DNA of 64,000 nt from Candidatus Zipacnadia bacterium (lineage in GTDB: Bacteria > Armatimonadota > Zipacnadia > Zipacnadales > Zipacnadaceae). Positions 28,802-36,614 of this stretch are shown piece by piece. Below the pieces are notes generated by a model. The model had not been told where the DNA came from. It did no database searches and saw only the letters and a program-made list of their open reading frames with translations. How positions within the stretch are numbered: position 1 is the stretch's first letter; every line of letters starts with the position of its first letter. Location: the NCBI GenBank assembly GCA_029820565.1, contig JALGUR010000014.1, positions 7,036 to 71,035 of the forward strand. The letters are read 5' to 3'. The position numbers were made by a program, and so were the translations under genes.

Positions 28802-30208
28802 ATGATGCCGACCATAAGAACACTAAAAACCGGTATTTCGGGAGTGCGAGGGGTAGTCGGCGACTCGCTGACTCCCCACCTGCTCACCTCCTTTGCCGAG
28901 GCGTTCGGGACCTATCTGGGCGGCGGCGAAGTCGCCATCGGTCGCGACACCCGGCCCTCCGGCGAGATGGTGCGCAGTGCCTTGGTGGGCGGACTGTTGG
29001 CGACCGGGTGCAATGTCATTGACCTGGGCATAGTGCCGGTGCCAACCCTGCAGATTGCCGGCGCGCGCAACCCCGATATTGACGGCGGAATTGCCATTAC
29101 CGCCAGCCACAACCCTCAACAGTGGAACGCCCTGAAGTTCATTCGCGCTGATGGAATTTTCCTGTATCCCTACCAGGCCGAAGAGTTGCTCAATGTGTAT
29201 CATCAGGGCGAATTTGCCCTGGCCAGCAATGAAGAGATAGGCGACGTCACCTTTGATGAGCAAGCCCTGGACCGCCACCTGACCGAACTGCTGGCCCATA
29301 TTGACCGGGACAGTATCGCCTCGGCCCGACTGAAAGTAGTCGTAGACTGCTGCAATGGGGCCGGGGCGATGATTAGTGAGCGGTTGCTGCGCGAGTTAGG
29401 CTGTGAGGTAGTGGCTATCAATGATACTCCTGACGGCATCTTCCCTCATCCACCAGAGCCGATACCGGAAAATCTGGGTCAATTAGAGCAGGCCGTCAAA
29501 GAGCGCCAGGCCGATATTGGCCTGGCCCAGGATGCCGATGCCGACCGCCTAGCGATTGTCTCCGAACAGGGCGTGGCGGTCGGTGAGGAGTACACTCTGG
29601 CCCTGGCCGCCGAGGCCGTTGCCGCAACGGGCCCGATTCCCCTGGTGGCTAATCTGTCCACCAGCCGGATGATTGAGGAAGTCGCCCAGCGCTACAATTG
29701 TCCCTTCCGCCGGTCTAAAGTGGGCGAAGTCAATGTAGTAGAAGCAATGAAAGAAGCAGCGCGCCGGTTTAAGCAGGCCAGTCAAACCAACAAGGAAGAT
29801 TGGGTATTCGGTGGGGAGGGCAATGGCGGCATCATTGACCCCCGCATTCACTACTGCCGCGACAGCCTACGGGCGATGTGCCTGATTTTAGAAGGTCTGG
29901 CGCACTTTGGTAGGCCGGTCAGCGCTTGGATTGAGCAAACCTTCCGACCTTCGGCGGTGGTCAAGATGCGCATAGATTGCCCGGCGGCCCGCGTCCAACC
30001 CGTACTGCTAACCCTGCGGGAAGGCTACGCTGGCGAGGAAGTTGACGAGACCGACGGAGTGCGGGTGATGTGGCCGGACGACTCCTGGCTGCACGCCCGC
30101 CCCAGCAACACCGAGCCCATCATTCGCATCGTGGCCGAGGCCGACACTCCCGACCAGGCCCAGGCCCACTGCGACCGAGCGGCAGAGATTATCCAACAAG
30201 TCTTATAA
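28802..30208 (+). CDS. Phosphoglucomutase/phosphomannomutase (canonical TASHNP active site)
   Basis: GIAITASHNPQQWNALKF, metal loop AQDADADRL, sugar loop GGEGNGG. The start at MMPTIRTLKTG (28802/28805) lies downstream of the repeat insertion. Confidence 0.8.
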   Translation: MMPTIRTLKTGISGVRGVVGDSLTPHLLTSFAEAFGTYLGGGEVAIGRDTRPSGEMVRSALVGGLLATGCNVIDLGIVPVPTLQIAGARNPDIDGGIAITASHNPQQWNALKFIRADGIFLYPYQAEELLNVYHQGEFALASNEEIGDVTFDEQALDRHLTELLAHIDRDSIASARLKVVVDCCNGAGAMISERLLRELGCEVVAINDTPDGIFPHPPEPIPENLGQLEQAVKERQADIGLAQDADADRLAIVSEQGVAVGEEYTLALAAEAVAATGPIPLVANLSTSRMIEEVAQRYNCPFRRSKVGEVNVVEAMKEAARRFKQASQTNKEDWVFGGEGNGGIIDPRIHYCRDSLRAMCLILEGLAHFGRPVSAWIEQTFRPSAVVKMRIDCPAARVQPVLLTLREGYAGEEVDETDGVRVMWPDDSWLHARPSNTEPIIRIVAEADTPDQAQAHCDRAAEIIQQVL

Positions 30209-30439
30209 CCACCCAGCGGCGTTTCTTTCGAAGAAATTCAAACTCCCCACGGACCGCCGCCCCGCGCCCTTCTCCGCCCCTCCTATGCGATTTAGGGCTA
30301 ATCTGCGGGCGTTCGCGCCTCAGCCAGCGCCTCCCTCGCTGCTGTTGAAAAGGAACTTTGGGACTATTCCAAGCGTCTATTAAGTTGATAGCGGCTCCAC
30401 TACAGCAGGTTAATCTTTGCGAAAGGTGGTGAGAGGACT

Positions 30440-30916
30440 ATGATAGGCACGACGGCCTACAGGAGCGTAGCTGTTTGTCTGATAGCAGTATTGGCGCTCA
30501 CGGTGGGGCCAGCAAAGGTAGCACGGGCTGGTGGCGACCTGCCCAAAATTCTGGCCGCTGCTGCGGTCGGCTATCTGGCGTACAAAGCCCTGGACAATGA
30601 TGATAGCCGAGGGCGAGATAGGTATCAGCGCTCTGACCCTCATCAGCGATACAATCCACCGCGCCCGCATCGTCAGGCGAGGCGGCCGAGGGATATGCGC
30701 AACGCCTACGACAATGGCTACCGTGATGGATGGGAAGACGGCACCGAGTATGGTTATGAGCGTGGTTGGGACCGGGGCAATAAAGTAGGCTTCAGGCAGG
30801 GCTATCGGGTTGGTCACCGGGACAGAGATTGGGGTAGAGTCCAGCGGGGCGGTCGCCAGCGCAGTAGTGGGCGCGGGCATCTGCCGCTAATCAGGTCTAC
30901 TATTGCCCGTCGTTAG
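30440..30916 (+). CDS. Small secreted low-complexity Arg/Gly/Asp/Tyr-rich protein with triplicated G[YF]RxG[WY]xxG repeats
   Basis: Clear signal peptide (MIGTTAYRSVAVCLIAVLALTVGPAKVARA). GGAAAGG-like ribosome-binding site (aaaggtggtgagagg) upstream. Repeats GYRDGWEDG/GYERGWDRG/GFRQGYRVG. Confidence 0.35.
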   Translation: MIGTTAYRSVAVCLIAVLALTVGPAKVARAGGDLPKILAAAAVGYLAYKALDNDDSRGRDRYQRSDPHQRYNPPRPHRQARRPRDMRNAYDNGYRDGWEDGTEYGYERGWDRGNKVGFRQGYRVGHRDRDWGRVQRGGRQRSSGRGHLPLIRSTIARR

Positions 30917-31434
30917 TCTCGGCCTTTGACAGAAAGCATGGAGCCGCTATCACAATTATTACAGACACCGGGTTAGGCGAGAAGTATGTGCGCGCACCAG
31001 CCGCCCGTTAAGATGGCTGGCTCCGGCAACAACCACCAATTGTTTTCCCCATTCAGACAAGCAATTCACCTTACCCAAAAGCGTTCCCCTGCTCCAAGCA
31101 GACCGTCTCCGGGCCTTCTGTGCGTTTTGCAGCGCACGTAGTTATTTGAGTCCTTCAGACAGTGTTGCAATACAGTAGTACTTAGTTGCATAAATCAGCG
31201 GAAGATTGCTTATCCTTTTAGGGCCAGCCTTGGAAGCTTCGTGCCGCGAAGCTTCCCGCGACAGGCCCCTCCGAAAATCTTACTGTCCGATTGTCTTACG
31301 CCGTTGGAGGGGCCGGTTGAGCGCAGCGAGCCCGGCCCGCCTGATCCGTAGGAGCCACGAAATACGCTGGTACCAAATAATGCCCATTAACGGCAGTAAG
31401 TATGAGCGGCAACGAGAAGAATTGCTTCGTAGGC

Positions 31435-31782
31435 TTATAGTCCTAACACGATGCGCAGGCGATCCTCCACTTCGGCCATAGTGTTAGCCCCAAGCTGTCC
31501 CATCCGCCGGCGGAGTCTCTTCTTGGCTACGCAGCGGATGCTCTCACACATAACGAACGAGCGCTCCGCTACACCTCCCTCGGGAGGTTCCACAGAAATA
31601 TGGAGCGGGATATGCCGCTGGGTTCGCGTCAGGGGTAGAACAACAACCAACCCGGCCGGGCCATAATTGAAGTCATCTACCGAGATTACGAGTGCCGGTC
31701 GTTCCCCCGCCTGTTCATGGCCGCGGGTGGGGTCTAAATCTACGCGCCATATCTCACCCCGGGCAGGTTGTAGCGCGCTCAC
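31435..31782 (-). CDS. mazF: Type II toxin, MazF/PemK-family endoribonuclease
   Basis: GEIWRVDLDPTRGHEQAGERPALVIS...GLVVVLPLT matches the PemK/MazF core. It overlaps the upstream antitoxin gene by 4 bp. Confidence 0.8.
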   Translation of the reverse strand: MSALQPARGEIWRVDLDPTRGHEQAGERPALVISVDDFNYGPAGLVVVLPLTRTQRHIPLHISVEPPEGGVAERSFVMCESIRCVAKKRLRRRMGQLGANTMAEVEDRLRIVLGL

Positions 31783-32027
31783 TGTTCCCCTAACCCATCA
31801 GGCAGAGTTACATCCCAGGCATCGCGCTCTTCCTGTAGTTCCTGCCGCGCCTGCGCGTCTGCCTGCAGAGCACTATAAGCTGCATTGGCTTCGGCCAGCA
31901 GATCCGCTCGCCGCTGGTTTTCTATAACCTCCTCAAGCAGGCTACTCATACTGATGCCGCGCTGGCCGGCTAACTCACGCAATGTTTGCAGAGCCTGCTG
32001 ATTGATACGGACAGTGCCAGTTGTCAT
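31779..32027 (-). CDS. mazE: Antitoxin of the MazEF pair (RHH/MazE-like)
   Basis: 82 aa, immediately upstream of mazF and translationally coupled to it. N-terminal ribbon-helix-helix-like segment (TVRINQQALQTLRELA). An AT-rich promoter lies upstream. Confidence 0.6.
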   Translation of the reverse strand: MTTGTVRINQQALQTLRELAGQRGISMSSLLEEVIENQRRADLLAEANAAYSALQADAQARQELQEERDAWDVTLPDGLGEQ

Positions 32028-32240
32028 AATAGTCTACTTTTCCGTCTACATTATCGGCTACATTTTTGTATATATTATACCCTGTCCGATTTTTTGTCAA
32101 CCCCATTGCTAAGACTTCTTAGTCTCGCGGGCTGTTAGACGCAATCCTCGTGCAATTCTCGCGGTCTCCGGGCCTGCGCGCTGAGTCCTCCGCCGAAGGG
32201 TTCGTGTCCTCCGAAGGCGGAAGCGCTATGGCGCGCAAGC

Positions 32241-32298
32241 GGGGGATTTCAGGCCCCCCTAGTTTCCCCCCGTATACGGGGGGATTATAGGGGGGATT
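32241..32298 (-). other. Structured C6/G6 double-tract element (copy 2), at the 3' end of ORF 32309
   Basis: Minus strand: AATCCCCCCTATAATCCCCCCGTATACGGGGGGAAACTAGGGGGGCC. It is a near-identical architecture to the element at 45057-45106. Confidence 0.6.
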
Positions 32299-32308
32299 CG
32301 CTTCCCTT

Positions 32309-32764
32309 TCATTTGTCTCCCTCCTGTGCGCTCTGTGGCGCGTTATCTTTTACTAAGCGCCATAGCGCACTCTCGCATCTGAATTCTTCAATTTCAATCT
32401 TCGCCACCTTTTCTAAAGCCTCAGCTACTTGGGAAGCTATTTTAGACTCCGAAGGGTATATCGCCCTGTAAGTCTTCGCTCCTCTCAATACGTCGCGCCG
32501 GTAATCCGTTATCGGTATATGCGGAGTGAGGCCTACAGATACTATGCCCATATCAATCCTCGTCTCCAGGTCATCAATTACGGCGTTGACCTCCCCGAGA
32601 CGTAATCGGGAGGCTGTGTTCACCTGCATAGTCAGGTCCACGGCAGTCCGATCTACTTGTCTGGAGAAAACGTGCCGATAGTACAGCCACGACGAGGAGA
32701 CCAGCGACGCACCCAATAGCAAACACCAGCAGCAATGCTGCAACAATGCCAAATTTCCGAGCAA
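32309..32764 (-). CDS. Hypothetical protein, probably a frameshifted gene
   Basis: A 151-aa ORF. An overlapping 66-aa ORF (32574..32774) in another frame carries a convincing signal-anchor (MKLFARKFGIVAALLLVFAIGCVAGLLVVAVL) and the only ribosome-binding site (GAGGAGG). The two frames overlap over 32574-32764. Confidence 0.3.
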   Translation of the reverse strand: MLGNLALLQHCCWCLLLGASLVSSSWLYYRHVFSRQVDRTAVDLTMQVNTASRLRLGEVNAVIDDLETRIDMGIVSVGLTPHIPITDYRRDVLRGAKTYRAIYPSESKIASQVAEALEKVAKIEIEEFRCESALWRLVKDNAPQSAQEGDK

Positions 32765-32775
32765 ATAGCTTCATT

Positions 32776-32812
32776 AGCCAATCTGCCTCCTCTGCACTCT
32801 AAGCGCGTGTTG
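32776..32812 (-). promoter_or_regulatory. Conserved 5'-leader motif (copy 1): GCCCGTAGACGGCCACAACACGCGCTTAGAG, immediately upstream of the ribosome-binding site
   Basis: 31 of 33 positions are identical to the motif upstream of the PEP-CTERM gene (33706-33740). Confidence 0.5.
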
Positions 32813-32819
32813 TGGCCGT

Positions 32820-33695
32820 CTACGGGCCTGCTGTGCGATTTGGGGCCATTCCCAGTGGCCGGAGCCGCGCCCCTAGCGCGAGTAGCGCCAGGCCAAACAG
32901 CGCGACCGTCCCAGGCTCAGGCACGGCTTCGGTGCCGATGTGTATTTCGTCAATGCATAAGAATGTTGTTGCACCACCATAGGGTGATGCTTCCTGGAAA
33001 GTCCACGTTATGATCTCCCACTCCGGATTCGGCTTGACCTCGGCGTACCAAGTGTTTCTCACCCAGCCGTAGCCGAGGTCATCACTAAACCGTAGCTCGG
33101 GCTCGCCCACCCAGTATCCGTCGTCAGCTATGACATCGGGCGTGACTGTCCAAATCTGCCCCCAGGGATCCTGTGTTACCCCCGTCGGTGGCTGCATAAC
33201 CATCTCCACCCAGATGTGCTTCGCTTCAGCTCCGGCGGAATTGTCGAAGTGCCACTCCATGTATGGGAGGGGAGGGCGAGGTTCCTCTGGGGGATCGGGT
33301 ACCCAGGCGCGGAGGTCGATCTCGACGACGCCGGTGTGGTCGTACCATTCAGCGTGCCACTGTGCCGGGTAGGAACTGGCGTCAAAATACCACCAATCGC
33401 TGTCGTAGAGGCCACTGTCATCCCACCCCTGAATTTCGTAGTTGACACCTGGGATTAGGTTATTCGCCGCAGGATTGTCAGGGTCAGTTGGCCAGGGATT
33501 CTCTGGGTCCCAGGGATTAGTGGCGAAGTCAATGGTGGCATTCCGTGGGTATGGGTAGGATGTCACCCACTCTCCAGGCGCGGTATTGCTCTCGGGTGGA
33601 TGCGTGAACACGTCGGCAGCAACCAGGGTGGTCGAAAGTGCCAGCACCGTCACTGCGACCAAGGTCACGACCGCAAACATCATTGCCTTCTTCAT
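32820..33695 (-). CDS. PEP-CTERM sorting-domain secreted protein
   Basis: Signal peptide. C-terminal VPEPGTVALFGLALLALGARLRPLG (PEP motif + TM + basic tail). GGAG ribosome-binding site. Confidence 0.75.
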   Translation of the reverse strand: MKKAMMFAVVTLVAVTVLALSTTLVAADVFTHPPESNTAPGEWVTSYPYPRNATIDFATNPWDPENPWPTDPDNPAANNLIPGVNYEIQGWDDSGLYDSDWWYFDASSYPAQWHAEWYDHTGVVEIDLRAWVPDPPEEPRPPLPYMEWHFDNSAGAEAKHIWVEMVMQPPTGVTQDPWGQIWTVTPDVIADDGYWVGEPELRFSDDLGYGWVRNTWYAEVKPNPEWEIITWTFQEASPYGGATTFLCIDEIHIGTEAVPEPGTVALFGLALLALGARLRPLGMAPNRTAGP

Positions 33696-33705
33696 CTTAC
33701 TGTCT

Positions 33706-33740
33706 CCTTGCGCTCTACGCGCGTTTTGTGGCCGTCTACG
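33706..33740 (-). promoter_or_regulatory. Conserved 5'-leader motif (copy 2): GCCCGTAGACGGCCACAAAACGCGCGTAGAG
   Basis: It lies about 20 nt upstream of the ATG of the PEP-CTERM gene, in the same position relative to RBS and ATG as copy 1. Confidence 0.5.
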
Positions 33741-34407
33741 GGCATCCTAACCGGATTAAGTCGGCGAAGCCCAACAGGGCGCAAGCGCCGATCGTAACTA
33801 TCCACATCGGAATAAGAGTGCGTATGAATCCCCCAGGCCGCATGCGTGTCAGCCATAGGCGTGGCTGGAATACACAGTCATAATACTCGTTTGTGTGCTC
33901 GCGCAGATCCAAGTAGCGACGGTTAGTGTAAGCAATGAGACAAGTCATAGCGCTACTCACGCAAACCACGCTAACTACCAAGACGACCCTAATCCCATAG
34001 TGAATGCCCTGTTCCTGTGTCGAGAAGTGTATCATGCCAGCTACAACGGCCAGCAGTATAGTAGTCCACCAAGTCACGACGCCCTGTTCGTGGTCCCGGT
34101 ACCTACGCATTTCTGTGTATAGCTGTTGGTACATAGTGTCCACGGAAAGAGGTCTCTGCTTATGTGCGAAAACGTTACCCCGCGTCTCCCCGCACACGAC
34201 ATGCTTCTTTTTCGGGCAAGGGGGTGCTACGCACGCCACTGCGACTCTTATTGCGACGGCGGTGGGCAAGAGCGCGAGCACATAGTACAGTATCCTATGC
34301 GGGCTCCTATCCGGTTCGATCATCCACACAAACAGCACACCAGCAAGGACGAAGAGTAAGATGCCAATGCCTACCACCCAGGCCTTGAGAGTTCGGTCTC
34401 CGTTCAT
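33736..34407 (-). CDS. Hypothetical polytopic membrane protein
   Basis: 223 aa with 5-6 hydrophobic segments. No recognisable family. Confidence 0.4.
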   Translation of the reverse strand: MNGDRTLKAWVVGIGILLFVLAGVLFVWMIEPDRSPHRILYYVLALLPTAVAIRVAVACVAPPCPKKKHVVCGETRGNVFAHKQRPLSVDTMYQQLYTEMRRYRDHEQGVVTWWTTILLAVVAGMIHFSTQEQGIHYGIRVVLVVSVVCVSSAMTCLIAYTNRRYLDLREHTNEYYDCVFQPRLWLTRMRPGGFIRTLIPMWIVTIGACALLGFADLIRLGCP

Positions 34408-34458
34408 TGCCTAACGACCTCCTTAGGTTGGGCAACCCTCTGCCCGCTGCCGACGTTG

Positions 34459-34806
34459 TCAATGCCCCCTCATAATTGGCATCGGTGCGCCTGGCATTAG
34501 TAGCTCGAGTATGGACCACCCCCACAACCGCCATACGATATACTGCAGTACCATCCCGGCAACGCAAGCCAGGAGGTACAGCAGACCCTCCACGCGAGCT
34601 TCCTCGGTGTCGCGTAGCCGATACGCGATGCCCCAAACCAGGCCGACAATCGGCAACAGTATGGCTGCAAAGAACTCTGCCCGGCGTAGCCAGACTGCCA
34701 TCATCCGACGGCGGTCACTGCGCCGAGCCTCCAGCCAGCTACGGTACTCACGCGCCTCTTGCTCATGTTGCTCCTCATCTAGGTCATCGGTTCTCATGCC
34801 CTTCAT
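34459..34806 (-). CDS. Hypothetical small membrane protein
   Basis: 115 aa. Acidic N-terminus followed by two TM segments. Confidence 0.3.
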   Translation of the reverse strand: MKGMRTDDLDEEQHEQEAREYRSWLEARRSDRRRMMAVWLRRAEFFAAILLPIVGLVWGIAYRLRDTEEARVEGLLYLLACVAGMVLQYIVWRLWGWSILELLMPGAPMPIMRGH

Positions 34807-34894
34807 CCCTTTCTGGTACAGGTTGTAGCAGCCAATAATAACATAGCGTCGGTTCCTTGCTCCTGTACGTTGTCAGCCGGCCTCCCAGCGCCAT

Positions 34895-35377
34895 TCACAG
34901 CTCTACCAGGTGTTCTTCAAAGTCAACCACGACGTGTTTTTTGCCTTTTGGGGTTACTTTGTGGCCTTCCTGCTCTAAGAGTTCCTTTTGGGCCTCTACG
35001 CCGCCCGGGTACTTGGGGTTTATGACTCCGCCGGTCTTTAGTGTCCGCCAGTAAGCAGTAGTATTCTCCTGCCCTTCGGCGGCCGCTTCGGCGGCGGCAT
35101 TAGCCGCAATCCACGCGAAAATGCCCGTAGTTATCGGGCAGCCAATGGTCGCGCCGTGCTTTCGAGCCAGTATCGCCCGAATCTCATTTATGGTAATGAC
35201 CCGGCCCGCCGGCACTCCTCTCATAATCTCGTCTACTTCTTTAGGCGCGGGGATAACCACCGTCCCCGTTCCCCACCTCTTACTCATTTTCTCAGTGATT
35301 TCCTCGACTTTAGGCAGGTCCTTACTATCGGCCAGTTTCTCCTGCCACGATTTGCGTCGCTTAGATTTAGCGCTCAT
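34895..35377 (-). CDS. MGMT-family DNA-binding domain protein, alkyltransferase-like (ATL), lacking the active-site Cys
   Basis: C-terminal ...TAYWRTLKTGGVINPKYPGGVEAQKELLEQEGH resembles P-C-H-R-V-V...G.Y.GG...K..LL..EG of MGMT/ATL. The Cys position holds Y-W-R. The start at 35377 avoids the tRNA, whereas the longer ORF to 35557 overlaps tRNA-Ser. Confidence 0.45.
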   Translation of the reverse strand: MSAKSKRRKSWQEKLADSKDLPKVEEITEKMSKRWGTGTVVIPAPKEVDEIMRGVPAGRVITINEIRAILARKHGATIGCPITTGIFAWIAANAAAEAAAEGQENTTAYWRTLKTGGVINPKYPGGVEAQKELLEQEGHKVTPKGKKHVVVDFEEHLVEL

Positions 35378-35400
35378 CTTCTTGCCTCTCAGTTTGTGAT

Positions 35401-35488
35401 TGGCGGAGGGGGAGGGATTCGAACCCCCGGTGCCTTGCGGCACAGCGGTTTTCAAGACCGCCGCCTTAGTCCACTCGGCCACCCCTCC
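35401..35488 (-). tRNA. tRNA-Ser (anticodon UGA)
   Basis: Manual cloverleaf: acceptor GGAGGGG/CCCCTCC, 3-bp D-stem, anticodon loop CTTGAAA, 15-nt variable arm, T-loop TTCGAAT, CCA encoded. Confidence 0.85.
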
Positions 35489-35598
35489 TTGACGCCAACT
35501 TAACTGTAGTATAGACTGCTGCCTAACTGTTGTCAAACCCGTGCCCAGTATTCGCACTAACAGGCCCGCAATATTGCACCCAGGAGGATGGTGCTGCT

Positions 35599-35742
35599 AT
35601 GTCTGAGCGAACTATTTACGAGCCGGCGCGGGAGATTCCCCTAGCGCTTGAAGGTGAGGTGGTGGTAGCCGGGGCTGGATTGGCGGGCAGCGCTGCCGCA
35701 CTTGCCACCGACAGCGGCGGCTCGCCGCGAATGTTGGAGTAA
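35599..35742 (+). pseudogene. Truncated N-terminal fragment of an FAD-dependent oxidoreductase
   Basis: AGGAGG ribosome-binding site, then MSERTIYEPAREIPLALEGEVVVAGAGLAGSAAALATDSGG (GxGxxG FAD-binding fold). The ORF stops after 47 codons. No continuation exists in any frame, because the aldolase gene on the opposite strand begins 40 bp later. Confidence 0.45.
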
Positions 35743-35781
35743 GTGGTCGGGTCAGGCGACAACGGCCGACGGTTAACGCGA

Positions 35782-36540
35782 CTACTCTGCGCCGCAGGCC
35801 AGCAAATCGCGCAAGAAGTCGGTAGCGCCGGTGAGCAGCAGGTCAGACTCGGCCCGGCTGACAATGAACTGAAATCCCTGCGCCAGACGATGGGGGATCT
35901 GGCCGATTTCAGCATATATGCCCAGATATTTGCCATGATTATTGGCCACTTCCACCACGTGCTGGATAGCCCCTTCGTGCTCATCGCTGCCTGCGTTAGC
36001 GCCCATAGACACGCTCAAATCCCCCGGGCCAACAAAGAGGCAGTGGATATCTTCCACAGCCGCGATCTCTTCGACATTGTTCACTGCCTGGACTGATTCA
36101 ATCTGCACCGCCAGAAAGATCTTGGAGTTGGCCTCCTGCACATAATTGCGGTGCGCTTCCACTATGTCCATCCGCAGAGCACCAAGGGAGCGCGAGCCCA
36201 GTGGTCCGAAATAGGTAGCATCCACGGCCCGCTGGGCATCTTCGGCAGTGTTGACCATCGGCACGACCAGCCCCATCGCCCCCAAATCCAGTATTCGGCC
36301 AATACTGGAGAACTCATTTACTGGTACGCGGGCAAATGGTAGGGTGGCCGTATGAGTCATCACCTGAAAGGCGTTCAATAGCATTGAGTAGTCCCAATGG
36401 CCGTGCTGGACATCAATCGTCAGCGCGTCAAACCCCACCTGAGCCATAATCTCCACGCTGAGGGGGCAGTTCAGGTCCAGCCAAGTGGTGAAGACGGGCT
36501 CGCCTCTGGCCAACTTCTTTATGACGGGATTATCACGCAT
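35782..36540 (-). CDS. HpcH/HpaI-family 2-keto-3-deoxy-acid aldolase
   Basis: MRDNPVIKKLARGEPVF... with the HpcH/HpaI aldolase/citrate-lyase family pattern throughout. AGGAGG ribosome-binding site before the ATG at 36540. Confidence 0.8.
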   Translation of the reverse strand: MRDNPVIKKLARGEPVFTTWLDLNCPLSVEIMAQVGFDALTIDVQHGHWDYSMLLNAFQVMTHTATLPFARVPVNEFSSIGRILDLGAMGLVVPMVNTAEDAQRAVDATYFGPLGSRSLGALRMDIVEAHRNYVQEANSKIFLAVQIESVQAVNNVEEIAAVEDIHCLFVGPGDLSVSMGANAGSDEHEGAIQHVVEVANNHGKYLGIYAEIGQIPHRLAQGFQFIVSRAESDLLLTGATDFLRDLLACGAE

Positions 36541-36614
36541 ATCTGTTTCCTCCTGATTACTACGTGCTTGCCGCAACTGCACAACAACCGAGTATACCAC
36601 AACCCCAAATACAG

